From the NCBI GenBank assembly GCA_013265495.1, contig MU058781.1, forward strand, positions 724,963-788,962: a stretch of DNA of 64,000 nt. The letters are read 5' to 3'. Below are positions 37,331 through 50,040 of the stretch, in pieces. The DNA comes from Vicugna vicugna (taxonomy: Eukaryota). Position numbers and translations under genes: made by a program. Each line of letters opens with the position of its first letter. Position 1 is the stretch's first letter. Under the pieces are notes generated by a model, which saw only the letters and a list, made by a program, of their open reading frames with translations, did not search any database and was not told where the DNA came from.

Positions 37331-38924
37331 CAGCAAAAACAAGGAAGACAAGCACGTTCAGTACTCTTTGTCTCTTGCAAGTCCCAGAGAATAGGTACGG
37401 GGACTAAAGACACATTAACTATGTGTTGTATGTGTAATGTGAACACACAGTTCAATGTGGAATTAAATATATAAATTAAGTCTTTTAAATGAATAAATAG
37501 ATGACATGAAAAGCAAACAAAATATACTACATAGAAGAAACAGACTACCCTCCACAGCAGTGATTTCGCATCACACGTGGACCTTGGATTCTACAGAACC
37601 TTAGCTCTGCAGTTTGGTAAAGCCTCTTTGCTTGTGTTTCATTGTTGGAAGCTGTCATGAGCAAACCTTTGTTCATTTCTCCACAGCAAAAGAGATGTTT
37701 TTCTTTAATCATGCTCCCATCTTTGGGGGGAAAAGAATCTATCATTGTTTGCTGAAATTTTAAAATTACCAAAGGAGCCTTAGCTTTCTTATATTCACAT
37801 TCTACTTATCTCAAATTATCTTTTTTTCCTTGTTCTTTGCCTTTGCCTTTTAATTATTCAAGAGGCATTATTTTCTAAAGAAAAGAGAGGTCCAAAAATA
37901 CTAGGCACGGGTGTTTGCCCTTAAGCCTTCATTATATTATTCAGGAGGAAAAGCAGAGGCATCAACCAGCAAACTATTGTTTTCAGGTGAACTTTTGAGA
38001 AAATTTCACATTTCTCTACCGTCGTCCTCAGTGACACAGTTATGACTTCAGTCAGCTCAATAAATGCATACATAAAACCCTCCTCTTAGGAAAATCTCCG
38101 GTCCCAAATTAATACCAGCATCAAAAACCTTGCATAAAATTGAAATTAAAAAATAACAAAAGGATTAGCTTTTGTGTTTCCAAAACAGGGTAAAGAGCGG
38201 AATAAAATTACTAAGTGATAAGAAACTGACTCACTGAAACAGACTAGTGTTGGGAACTGTCGTTTGTCTTAGGAACTTCCTGGGTCTAAGGAATTTTGTG
38301 CTTAATGGACATCTTTCCTCTCAAAGTGTTTTTGTTTGTTTGTTTGTTTGTTTTTTTAATAATGAAACAGAAATACAACTGTTAGCACCTTAGCAATAGT
38401 TCTCCTTTCGTCCACGGGTAAGTATTTTACTGACCAAAGTACCAAGAGGCTTGTTCACATGTTACAGTGCCCTGGGATCATTAACCTTCATCTTGTCAAC
38501 CATCAAAGATGGGTACATGGTTAAATGAGTGCAGATGCCTAGGATCCAGGTCTGGAATAGAGCAGAGGTAGTGGAATAGCTCTTTAAATCCAGGAGCTGG
38601 TGACTATATCGATAATGAAAGATTGAGTTCAGAGGATGAAAAACAAATCAATTTTTCAGCACATAATGGTCCCTGAAAACTGTCCACTTTCTGCATAATT
38701 TTCTGTTTATTATCTTCTCCTCACATACTGCTAAATTTAGGAAATACGTCTCCTCTGCCCAACACTTCTACTCAGATAAACGAGAAAGAAGAAGCCGAAA
38801 TAAGAAGTTTTACTTCAGAAAGCTGTGAGCCATTTGCACAGAAGCTACTAGTAAAAGAGAAAAGGGGACAGGGGAATCCTGCCTCTCTAAAAATATCTGT
38901 GAAATAATACACAGTAGTCTTGGT

Positions 38925-39875
38925 TTATCTTTATTTTCTTAATTGAAGTATACTCAGCTTACAATGTGCCAATTTCTGGTGTACCACATAATAGTTCAGT
39001 CATATATATACATACATGTATTCGTTTTCATATTCTTTCTCATTATAAGTTACTACAAGATACTGAATACAGTTCCCTGTGCTATACAGTATAAATTTGT
39101 TGTTTATCTGTTTTATATATAGTAGTTAGTATCTTCAAATCTCAAACTCCCAATTTATCCCCTCCCACCCCTTTCTCCCCTGGTAACTGTAAGTTTATTT
39201 TCTATGTCTGTGCATCTGTTTCTGTTTTGTAAATAAGTTCATTTGTCTTTTTTTTTAGATTCCATTTATAAATGATATATGGTAGTTTTCTTTCTCTTTC
39301 TGGATTACTTCTCTTAGAATGACAATCTTCAGGGCCATCCATATTGCTGCAAATGGCATAATTTTATTCTTTTTCTGGCTGAGTAGTATTCTATTGTATA
39401 AATACACCACAACTTCTTTATCCAGTCATCTGTCGATGGACATTTAGGTTGCTTCCGTATCTTGGCTACTGTAAATAGTGCTGCTGTGAACATTGGGGTG
39501 CATGTGTTTTCAAATTAAAGTTCCCTTTGGATATATGCCCAGGGGTGGGATTGCTGGATCATATGGTAACTCTGTTTTTAGTATTTTGAGGACTCTTCAT
39601 ACTGTTTTCCATAATGACTGCACCAAACTGCATTCCCACCAACAGCATAGGAGGGCTCCCTTTTCTCTACACCTTCTTCAGCGTTTATCGTTTGTGGACT
39701 TCTTAATACTGACCATTCTGACTGGTGTGAGGTTACACTTCACTGTAGTTTTGATTTGCATTTTTCTGATAATTAGCAATATTGAGCATTTTTTCACATG
39801 CCTATTGACCATTTGTATATCTTCATTGGAGAATTGCTTGTTTAGTTCTTCTGCCTATTTTTGGATTGAGTGTTT

Positions 39876-39907
<32 letters not shown>

Positions 39908-39975
39908 AAGTTGTATGAGCTGGAAATGAAGCCCTTGTCAATCTCATCTTTTCCAAATATTTTCTCTTGCCCCAT
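38925..39975 (-). mobile_element. Lineage-specific L1 3' end (camelid-like), 5'-truncated
   Basis: AATTGAAGTATACTCAGCTTACAATGTGCCAATTTCTGGTGTAC...ATAAGTTACTACAAGATACTGAATACAGTTCCCTGTGCTATACAG followed by well-preserved antisense ORF2 C-terminus. ORF 39493-39909 is its antisense reading. Confidence 0.95.
39877..39907. repeat. (GTT)n trinucleotide microsatellite inside L1
   Basis: About ten GTT units read directly. Confidence 0.95.
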
Positions 39976-40814
39976 TGATCTTTAGATAGAAAATTCACCT
40001 TCGTAACGTGACTATGGTATCTACAAACAGAATACTGTTATTACATGTTTCCTGGGTGCACAGTGAAAGCTGAACTACTAGTGCACACATTTAAAAAAAA
40101 ATAGCCACAACCGCCATTTAGAAATATCTGCTCTTGATTTTTCTTTATCATGATTCTCAAACTGTGGGATTAAACTTTGGGAAAGCACATAGAACTTCTG
40201 AATGCATTAAAGAAAATACAGCCATAAAATCTAGCCCAGTTTATTATAAATCCTATTTTTAAAATCTCAATAGAACCTATTAATACGTTCTTGAATTCCT
40301 TAGGCCATTATCTCACCCCAGCCTTCCTCTTACCACTTTGTTTCATCTTTCACTGGAGCCTTAATAGTTGTGCCCTATTATTAATGAACCTGGCTTAAAA
40401 TCTAACCTTTCCTCTCAATCACTCAATTCATCCTTTACCTATTTGAAACACTGAAGTTCAGAAAATAAATTATCAATGTATTAAGAAAATAGTTCTATTG
40501 TATTTCTAATTTCTAAATTTCAGATAAGAGTCTATTAATTTTTGAAATAAAGGAAACATAAGGTTATCCATTCTTTGTCAATTCTTCATTGTTTAGACTA
40601 ATATAGAAATCTTTAGAATGTCATTTAACAAGTGTTGTATAATGCATAAACAATAACGTAACTTTCAAAGATCAGCCACTGGTCTGACACAGCTCTTTTT
40701 GTCTGTCCGTATTGCCTTGTTGTTCTCATTCTCACTTCATTCAGAACTGCTGGTTTTTAACTTAAAAGTTTATCCTAATTTTTCTGTGTTGCTACATAGA
40801 CTTCTCTACTATTC

Positions 40815-41140
40815 CTTATTGAGGGTAGGTTTTCTGGAAGCAGACCCTAAGAGTTTGAAGTTTATTAGGGATGAACATCTGTAAAGTTAAGGGAAGAAAG
40901 TAGCATTGCATACAGGAAAAGCTAAACAGTGATGGAGGCATGACATGTCTGCCAATGGGGCAAGAGGATCTAGAGGGAGTATGATTGACAGAGTGCCGCC
41001 ATATTGGGCCAAAATGGCTCAGCCTTTCTGCACCCATCTGGCTTAGTCATAGGATTTGGGCTGCCGTGGGAAGGGCAGTCAATTGAGGCAGCCTGCTGCC
41101 GCACTTCCTAGGGATGGTCAGTACCTCTGCATGTCCACCC
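40815..41140 (-). mobile_element. LTR16-family (ERVL) solo LTR
   Basis: GGAAGCAGACCCTAAGA...GTTTATTAGGG...ATTGGGCCAAAATGGCTCAGCCTTT...TTAGTCATAGGATTTGGGCTGCCGTGGGAAGGGC. Confidence 0.7.
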
Positions 41141-41159
41141 CACTCATCATCTTTTGATT

Positions 41160-41490
41160 GCCAGGGACAAAAACCCAAGTCAAACTGGCCAAAATTCTAT
41201 TCTAAGTCCAGGTATGGCTAGATCCAAATGCTAAAGGGATCTTTTTTCTTTTCATTTTTTTGTGCTGGCTTTGTTCTTGGATAGGATCTTCCCTAATACT
41301 GGCAAATGTGGCTGCCAGCAGAGAACACAGCTATCCAGAGGTTTCAGCGAATTTCCTGGGGTTGATATTGATTTACTAAATGTCCACTCTAGGAATTGAG
41401 GAATATGAACTAAAAGTTGCAAAGACTGGTTCCTTATTGCAAAACTGAGATAATGATACCAAAAGAAGACAAAAAGGATATTGAGCAGAT
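41160..41490 (-). mobile_element. MLT1-type MaLR LTR fragment
   Basis: AAAACCCAAGTCAAACTGGC...CAGGTATGGCTAGATCCA...TGTGCTGGCTTTGTTCT...TGGCTGCCAGCAG. Confidence 0.6.
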
Positions 41491-41689
41491 GAAACCGTAG
41501 TATGTGACTTCCCTTGACACAGTCATTGGTCTAAGGAGTGATCACCTGAGCCCTGCTGGGCCGATCAGCTACCTCTTCCCGGATTTAGAAACTAAGTGGA
41601 GAGATACTGACACTGAAGTTTGTTAGATCTGAAGGTAGCCTGTTAAAGAGAACTGTATTTCTGTAATTGTTTCCAATCAATTTTACTAT

Positions 41690-41880
41690 CTTAGCTCCAC
41701 AGTTTGAAAACCTTGTTCAAGTACCTCACCTGAAAATTGGGGATAAAAATAGTACCTAAAAATAGACATGGTTTTGTAATTGAAAGAATTAAAATATGCA
41801 AATCTCTTAGCACAAATCCTGGCATTCTGTAAGTGATCCATAATACAAATTGTTATTTTTGTCATTGCTATTATTAGTAA
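41690..41880 (+). mobile_element. MIR SINE
   Basis: CCTCACCTGAAAATTGGGGATAAAAATAGTACCT...CTTAGCACAAATCCTGGCATTCTGTAAGTG. Confidence 0.8.
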
Positions 41881-42159
41881 TAGTAGTAGCTGTAGTAGCA
41901 TTCCAGAAGATCTATTAATCAAACAGCTACCATGGTCCAGGCAGCATGCTAGATATTACGAAGTTTACCAACATAGATCAAACATAAATCTTATGCTTAA
42001 GGAGATTCCCGTCTCATGTAAGGAATAATTAATATGTATTAATTATATGCACTATATTTTATAGTCAGGTTAGACAAGTAGACTTAGAATATTCTACTGC
42101 CTATAGCTGTAATTTTACAGTATATCACTGTATATTAATTGTATTGATATAAATGGATA

Positions 42160-42160
42160 C

Positions 42161-42191
<31 letters not shown>

Positions 42192-42192
42192 T
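42160..42192. repeat. (TA)n(CA)n microsatellite
   Basis: Read directly. Confidence 0.9.
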
Positions 42193-42584
42193 ACATATGT
42201 ATATACAAATAATATATTTTTGTTAATAGGCCAAGATGGAGAGAGGAAAATATTCTAAGAAATTTGAGTAGTTTCTAAAATCTACATATATATATTTAGT
42301 GCAAACCATAGTTAATTTGTGTACCAACTTTCTGAACAGAGAAAAAATATCAAAGTATGCTCATCACAGAGATAAGCTACTGTCTGCTACACGTAGTATC
42401 AGCCATTTGTTAGTATCTGTTCTTGGCTGAACTCCTTCAAAGTGTTAGTCATAGTATTAAATAGAAGAATTCGTAGTCCTAAAGTAAAATGTCTATTTTC
42501 AATTCATTTGTGTCATACTCCTCCTTGTCTTTAAATATATTAATTTTTTTACTATGTATGAATAGGGTGTTTTCTGCCAAGATA

Positions 42585-42705
42585 TGACCAGATTAGACCT
42601 TAATTGGAACTTCTTTAAGGCAGGGGTTATATCTTATTTACCTGTGTATATTTAATAGTGCCTAGTGTATAAATGGCCTTCATATAGGCATAAAATGAAT
42701 GAAAA
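42585..42705 (+). mobile_element. L2 3' end
   Basis: AACTTCTTTAAGGCAGGGGTTATATCTTATTTACCTGTGTAT...ATAGTGCCTAG...ATGAATGAA. Confidence 0.7.
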
Positions 42706-43439
42706 AAACAAAAAAACATTTTTTTCTAAGAGAAGCAGTGGTGTCTGCCAAGGTCATTGGGAACACCAGGAATGGCCCTGAACCAGCACTTTTCTATGAA
42801 CTTTTTGTAAGGGGTCTTGATGAGATAAGGAGCTTATGCTAGAATGTAAAATTTTCCCTTTTAGACTTTTCCAATAAAGGAAGTAGTACAATGATTTACA
42901 ATCTTCGCTCATCACAGATCGCTACCAAACTACTGGCCTGCTGTTGTAAGTGGCATAGGTACAGTGTCTGTGAACTAAGGTGCTAACGTTTGACATCTCA
43001 AAGCAATCTTAATGCAGAATATTCCGTCTTCGGACTTTTGAGTGACTAGTTGAGTAGCTAGAGTCCATTGAGAAAACGTATTTAAGACTGAACTTTTTTT
43101 TCCCGTTGCCTTTATTTTTATAAGGTGTATATTTTCCTGGCTGATTTATGAAACTCTTTCATTAATTACAATAATTTACTTATTATAAGTTTGTCTTATC
43201 CACTATCCTTATGCTATGGAAATTCCAAAGAAAAATGTTGCCAGTTCTTAGCTAAAATAAATGCTTTGTTTTTCCAGTGTTATATAGAACTCAGGGGGCC
43301 TTGTGCATGAAACCAGCTGAATTCTTGGGCATAGGGTCATGGAGGAAGAAGAAACCAAGATAGCATGGGGCTAGAGAAACCTGTGCACCTCTAGAGCCTG
43401 CCACCCAGGGGGGAACATTTAGTTCAACATACTATATCC

Positions 43440-43552
43440 AAAGGACGTGAAGATTGTTGAACAACAGAGGAATCTACAGTGATTACAGATACAAATGGTG
43501 CCCCCTAGAGTTGTGCAGGGCACAGAAAGTACAGCTCTGTGCAGCAGCCCTG
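43440..43552. mobile_element. MER91A-like hAT MITE with a CTCF-like core
   Basis: AATGGTGCCCCCTAGAGTTGTGCAGGGCACAG...GCAGCCCTG resembles the recalled MER91A terminus. Confidence 0.7.
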
Positions 43553-44129
43553 CAACTCTGGGCCAGTGTAAATACCTAAGGAGTTCTAATCAAAAGGCTG
43601 AGCACGATGGCGAATGGGTAGGTGCTTGAAAATGTCAAGCACCAAGATAGGCAGCATGTCTCCAGCTGACATATCTGCTTGGAGAGCGAGGCCATAACCA
43701 GTGGCATTAGTGTGAAAGGTGGGATACAAATCTGAGGGGCATTCAAGATTTAGAAAAGAAAGACAGTTTTTCAGGGTTCTAGCCAAATCGCCTGGAATTC
43801 CCAACAAAACTCCAATCTTTATATAGAACAAGAGGCCCAACAGTAAGAACCAGAAAAATCTGTAGGTCTGATTGACCAAGTACCATTGTACAAACACCAT
43901 GTTTGCAGAAATTATAACATGGATGATACCCGAAGTATATTTAATAATCGGTATGGCATGGTTATCAACCCATCAGAATAAATACTGACGGTATCTAGGG
44001 AAATAGATCTTGGAGAATCTTGCTGTGCCAAGAGGTAACTCTCGAGTTGCTGGATCAGAGTGAGGTCTTAGGGCTCTGGTTCCCAGACATGGCACATACA
44101 GGAACAACCGTACATCTTTATTGAATGCA

Positions 44130-44255
44130 GATGGATACCTTGTCCTCTTCTTAGAGATTCTAATGAATTAGTCTAGGGGGTGGCCCAGGTGTAGGGGTTT
44201 TAAAAGCTCCCTAGGTCATGCTAGTTAGTAGCAAAGTAGCAGAATCACTGATCTA
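44130..44255. mobile_element. MER5-type hAT MITE
   Basis: AGAGATTCTAATGAATTAGTCTAGGGGGTGGCCCAGG...TTTTAAAAGCTCCCTAGGT...AGAATCACTG. Confidence 0.75.
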
Positions 44256-44286
44256 GCATTCCAAAATGAGACCAAGAAACAAAGAC

Positions 44287-44321
44287 TACACACACATGCA
44301 CACACACACACACACACACAC
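44287..44321. repeat. (CA)n microsatellite
   Basis: Read directly. Confidence 0.9.
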
Positions 44322-46089
44322 CCGTGTGTGGGAAACATTTATCAATAACTTGAAAATCGTTCACTTCAGTTTTACCTGTTTCTTTTTAATATCTAGGAAA
44401 GTGGATCATTCCTATGATTTTGAATTCTTTTTATCCTCATTACTCTTATGAAAGGATACTCTCATCACCATCTCAGATTTTCTCATCATCCTGCACTTCC
44501 CAGGGTCTAGTTAATGCCAAGTATCTGTCACCTGTCTTTGTTTTGTAAGAGGTTAAACGCATTACCTTACCGTTGACCGTTTATTTCACAAAATAGCATG
44601 AAGAGGTTTAATTGCCATAAAGCATTACCATCATTTATAAAGTCATTTTTCTTTCCTTAAAGATGTCTAGTCAATGGCAAATCCTTTCAACCGATCTCTC
44701 TTCTTCTAGAAGAAATTAGGCATGGAAATTTACTTTTTACAAGCTTTCATTGACACCTCAAATCAGTATCTGAAAACATGCTCTATACTAGAGGGGACTG
44801 TGCTTCAGGCTTTGTCTTGGCCAGATATAGAAATTAAAGGTATGGACCAATTTTTGAATAAGCATGAAAATTCTCTTTTTATGTGCATTATGAAAACATG
44901 CCTTTGAAATATCTTGCCAAAGGCTTTTTCGTCTTGTGGTTGTTATAGGAAAACATGGTCATCCCAAAGGGGTAAGAGAAACCGAACTGTGTTCCACCTT
45001 AATCAGATTCACAATCATGTCCTAATGTAATTTGTCCTAATCCATTTTAGAGGAAGACAACCATTTATGATTCCCAGAGACACGTGGGAATAAATGTGGC
45101 TCTGTGGAAATCCCCTGGGTGTTCCATATACTATATTCACCAGTTCATAAAAAAGCTAATTATGTTTCTGAAAGGGAAGCTTTATGGATGCAATGTATAT
45201 TCTAATGCAGAAACTGTACCTACCCAGGCACCCCGCAGTTATGCGGTCCTATTTGCTGGCTGTCCGCAGACTGGATTTTGGATTACAGTAACTGATTTCA
45301 GCATAAGGAGTTCACACATTCCTGTATTAGCCTGATCACATATGTCAGTGTTTGAGAGACAATTCCATTTTTAGTAATTTTACTGGGAAAAAAAATAGGT
45401 AAGACTTAGCATAGTAATAAATTACCCTGTAGCAAAATAGAAACTGATTGATCCCAGCTTTTTTCTTTCCTGATGCCTTGGAAGATAAATACATTAAGTG
45501 ACTTGCTAAAAGAAATATAAAAAATTTTTAAAAAAGACCCACCTTTTTTTTTTGGTCTCTGAAAAACACGAAGCTATTGCAGAGAATGCTGCCAAGGGTA
45601 ATGAGTGTGCAAGTTTATTTCGCAATGAAATCCTTTTTCATGGATTTTATTTTTCATCACAAACATGTTGCTGCAAAAGCAATGTTTTCTCTGAACAGAA
45701 CTAGTAATAGATGACACACTACGAAAGCAAACCAGAGATGTAAATAATCAAAGAATTGATACTTACTTTTCTGCAATAATCATGAAGTTCATACTGACCT
45801 CACATTTCATCATTTGTTTATTTATTTTTTATCTGATGTATTTTTTTGTTTCTTTATCTCTGGTTCATTCTGATGTTCATCTGTTACTAAAATAACCCCT
45901 CTTTGCTCTCATCAGCCAAAGGTGCAGCATCTTTTCATTTAATTAAGGGTGTAATTTCATAGGCCAAGCAGCATGCTTTATGGATACAGGAAGAATAAAT
46001 ATGCTTGTTGACTGTTGTTACGGAGCGTGATTTTGAGGATGTCTGAACATCAGCTCTTTTCTCCAAACTATGACACATCGTGATTTAAC

Positions 46090-46099
46090 TGATTGACAG
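46090..46099 (+). promoter_or_regulatory. PBX-MEIS/PREP decamer TGATTGACAG in a repeat-free block
   Basis: Exact match to the established decameric motif, with TGATTTAA immediately upstream. Function untested. Confidence 0.35.
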
Positions 46100-49000
46100 A
46101 GATGAATTCGATTGAACTAAAACAAAGTAACACCTGAATTTAAATAACATGGCATCTCTGTGTATTTGACATAGCCTCTCTGTACCATGACAAAAGGTGT
46201 ATGTAGCTCTATATTTTTTTTAATTTTTGGCCAGATCTTTGTTCATACTTCGGGCTTAAATTTCGAGATCCTGACCCTCTAAGCACTTGGTGAATGGGCG
46301 TTTTTCATCTTGCCTCCCTACCCCCTTCTTGTATTATCAAAGAAATACCTTAATTCTTCATCTAAGATTCTTCTCTCCGCCTTCCTCCTGCCTCCCAAGA
46401 GTCCCCAGTGACTTCGTGGGAGATAATTATGCCTGTAGCTCAGGGACCTAAAGTAATCACCAGGCTTGGCATGAAAGGATGCTGGAATGCAAACCGAAGT
46501 GCCAAGCAACAAAGATTCAGTGCAAATATTAGGAAAAGGGAGTACATTTTCGCAATGACTCCGTTGGCCTGATTTCTGCCAACCTACAGGATACACAAGG
46601 AGGACAAAGCATCAGCATTCATACTGCTCAGAATGACCCGCCGGCGTTTGCTGTTCAAGACCGAGTAGATGTCTTTGCCCAAAGATCTGTGCTGTGGTAA
46701 CAAAGCTTCCACAAAAGAAAAACAAATCTCATAGACTTTTTGGCCCTTATGCAGTACGTGATCAGCTTCTCTCTGTGTCTCCCTTGAAGGTCTGGGTGAC
46801 TGTAGAAGCTCTGTTTTAAAAAGCTGAATTATAAAATTTCATGTGAAGTCGTGGTGTGCTGTTAGAGTGAACAGCTTGGCTCGGTTGACTGGAGTCTGAA
46901 ACAGGGAGACTGCGGCTGAGGGTGTGATTGCTGAATGGCGTGCTGGCCTCCAGACATCACCGTCTCCACCCACATCTCCACCAGCCCCCTATTACTGTGG
47001 GCTTTTTTTTTTTTTAATCACGGAGGCCAAATGAAATAGCTCAGAATCACCCACATAGCTTGAGAAACAATTCTGAGTGCTGTCATCAGAGGAAATCTGT
47101 CACATCAAAACTGTCACGTTTCAACAAAAAGATATGACAAAGGAGAAAAGAGATGTTCTTTGGAAGAAAAGTCCCAGATTTCCTCAGACTGACTTCATTG
47201 GCCGGAGAAATCTCTAGCTTTCACATTTTTCCTGGAGAAATTATTCATGCACTCTAAAATGAAACCGGTTTAGACAATGTCATCCAAGTTTTAGTCCACT
47301 TGACATGACTCACAAGTATCAGAAAGCAGATTTATGTTGAGCTTCCTAGACGCCTCTGCTGGTGCCTCGTGTATTACGTAAGGGATCTGTATTTGCTGTC
47401 TTATTTAAACAAAAGAACGCGACATGTTCCGCTGGATGATGTCAATACACTGCAATGAATGTGTTTCATTGCATAAAGGATCATTAATGAGAAAAATCAT
47501 GTAAACTTTAATCCTGATTTTTACTATGTTTCCAGCAATAGTTCATAAACTATACAAAGTTCCTGGGAAAGAATTTTTGGAAGTGAAACTTATGGAATTA
47601 AAAAACATTTCTCTAAAGTATAAATGGGCCACTGCTCCAACACTTTACATTCACACAGCTGAATGGAATAACCAAAATTATCAAATGAACTGTCCCATGT
47701 CCCTGTTGGCACCTTAAGGCACTGAATAATGGAATCCATTGAGTGCTAAATACATCAATTATCTATTTAATTTAGGACATTCATGGTCTATTATAATTAT
47801 TCTAAGTACTGGCAAATTCAACTCAGGAACAGAGTTGTAATATTAACTAAAGTTATGAGTCAGAAGACAATTTTTTTCTGGTTTTCTTTTTCAACAGTAT
47901 TTTTTTGTGCCAGAGATATGCATGCATTTTGCTCAAGATGGTTTCCTTGGACAAGTAATTTAAAGCCAGGCTCATTCATGCATGCCAAATGGAACTGTGC
48001 TATTCTGTCTTCTCCCTCATTCCCAACTGTGAAGCAGTCTGCATTAACTGCTTAACTAGATAAAATGTTCATCATAAGCAAGTTTAGGGACACATTCTGG
48101 GGGAACCTTTTAGGGGACAGAAACTGAAGCCCTGTATGATTATTATAATCACACTCCTGCTCATAACAGCAGCTAATGAATCATTTGAAGCAACATGTGA
48201 ACATGTTTTCTTTCTTTTCTAACAATTCAGATTGGGGTCCACATGCCTAGATGAGTGCAGCCCTCCTGAAACCAGCTTCCTTGGTTTAATCATTCTCTAA
48301 GCAACTAAAGGGAATTGCGCTTTAAGTCTTTTCTGTGTTATTACTTATTATTACATGATATTAGGATGAGCTGGAGCCACCTACTACACAATTTAATTGC
48401 GTGTGTGTTTTGTAACATGCAACAGTCTTGGTGCTTGGTACCGCTTTTTCCCTTCACGTAAGGCAGAAAATCACCAGCGAACCAAAGATGCAGCTTGCTT
48501 TCGTTGAATTTAGAACTTTAGATCCTAACCCATAAAAGAAAGGACTCAGACATAAACATTTTTTTCAATTATTTTGATTCTGAAACTTAAAAGAATCTGT
48601 CACAATGATTTCAAAACTGTTGTCTCCAAAACAACAAGTGTAATCTTTGATACAATCAGGCCAATTAGAAGCATCATAAAATAAGTACAAGACTGGAAAA
48701 TTAGGTCAGATGAAGGGTCCAGTGGTGATGATAAAATGTTGTGCACGAGTATTTTCAAATACTTACTGTAATAATTTGCTAGATAAGTGAGTCCCGTGAA
48801 ATGAATCTGAGAGTTGCCTGAGTATTAATTCATTTCACCCTGGATACGGACTAAGGCAGCCTTACTTTAAACTTTCAAAGAGGTAGGAGCCAGACTTTCT
48901 TCCAAAACACTTTTGGTACCAGTTTGGCCGATGAAGTCAATCAGGCACTCCTCCATTCAGCAGGAAAAATTACTCAAATGTAGAAATAAACTAACTGGTG

Positions 49001-49274
49001 AGGCCAACTAAAATAATTGACCTCATAGTCCCGTAGACATTCAATTCAAAGCTAAATTAACTATTTCTCAAATAACTTCATAACTTGATTATAGATCCAA
49101 ATGCGTCCATCAATTTTGATAACTCAGGCCGGAAACTCAGTTATTTAAAAGCCGATGTTCTTCTCCTTGGACACAGCGATCATCCCGTCTTCTGTTTTAT
49201 GCTGTGTGGGGATACTTGTATCAACAGAACGGGCGACCTAGTGATTCCCAGACTGCATCATTTATATATCATGT

Positions 49275-49570
49275 ATTTATTTATTTAGTCATTATATGTT
49301 TATTAAGCATCTATTACATGTGATTCTCATTCTGGGGACTGAGGATAAAGTCATGGGCAGTATAAACAGAACCCTGCCCATGACATTTTCAGTCAGGCCA
49401 GGAAGATGGACAGCTCAGCAAACTGTAACCAGAACTGTAGTGAGGATTTTGATAATGAGTGTCAAGGTTGCAAAGACGCACCCCGCACCCAGGCTAGGGT
49501 GGGGATGCTGGTAAGACGAGGCTCCCTGGAGGAAATGATATTAAAGAGAGACTTAAAGGAGATTGTCGAG
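49275..49570 (-). mobile_element. L2 fragment
   Basis: ATGTTTATTAAGCATCTATTACATGTG...CTGGGGACTGAGGATAAAG...CCCTGCCCATG...GGCTCCCTGGAGGAAATGATATT. Confidence 0.75.
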
Positions 49571-49699
49571 GACTGGGAGTGGGGAGCCTAGACAGAGCCC
49601 CTCGACTAACCTTTCTAGGTAGGATGTTCTGCATCCCAGAGTTTCCTACGTTCCGGAGATAACGTAACAAAGGTTAAAGCTCAGTCTCCCCAAACCACA

Positions 49700-50040
49700 T
49701 CCAGCCTTGATACAGGTCCGCTAGCCTACAATGACAGTCGTCATTGTTAATTGTATTCACCACAACGTTGAAAAGTTAGGACATCACACATCGAAATCCA
49801 CAATTTTGCCTTCAAAGAATTGGAAACTCTGGGAATCACGAGCTTGCCTTCCCAAGTCACGGTTAATCTCGTCGGACTGTGTTTGAGCCGTCTGGTACAC
49901 CACAGCCCTGGCCATTCTTTATTAATCTTCAGTATTGAGACTGAGTGTCAACCAGTATTTCATTTTTCACCTCATCAGCTTCACTCATTTTAGGCCGCTT
50001 TCCTGGCCTCTGTGGGCATTTTCGCTTGTGACCGACGCTT
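49700..50040. mobile_element. MER102-like hAT-Charlie relic
   Basis: AAATCCACAATTTTGCCTTC...TGGAAACTCTGGGAATCAC...CTTCACTCATTT...CCTGGCCTCTGTGGGCATTT...TTGTGACC. Confidence 0.6.

Noticed and set aside
46580..46700. Plus-strand acceptor followed by an open frame (DTQGGQSISIHTAQNDPPAFAVQDRVDVFAQRSVL)
   Set aside because: The peptide is not recognised and the donor is weak. Similar unsupported candidates at about 19739-19782 and 63286-63350 were also dropped. TBLASTN or RNA-seq would decide.
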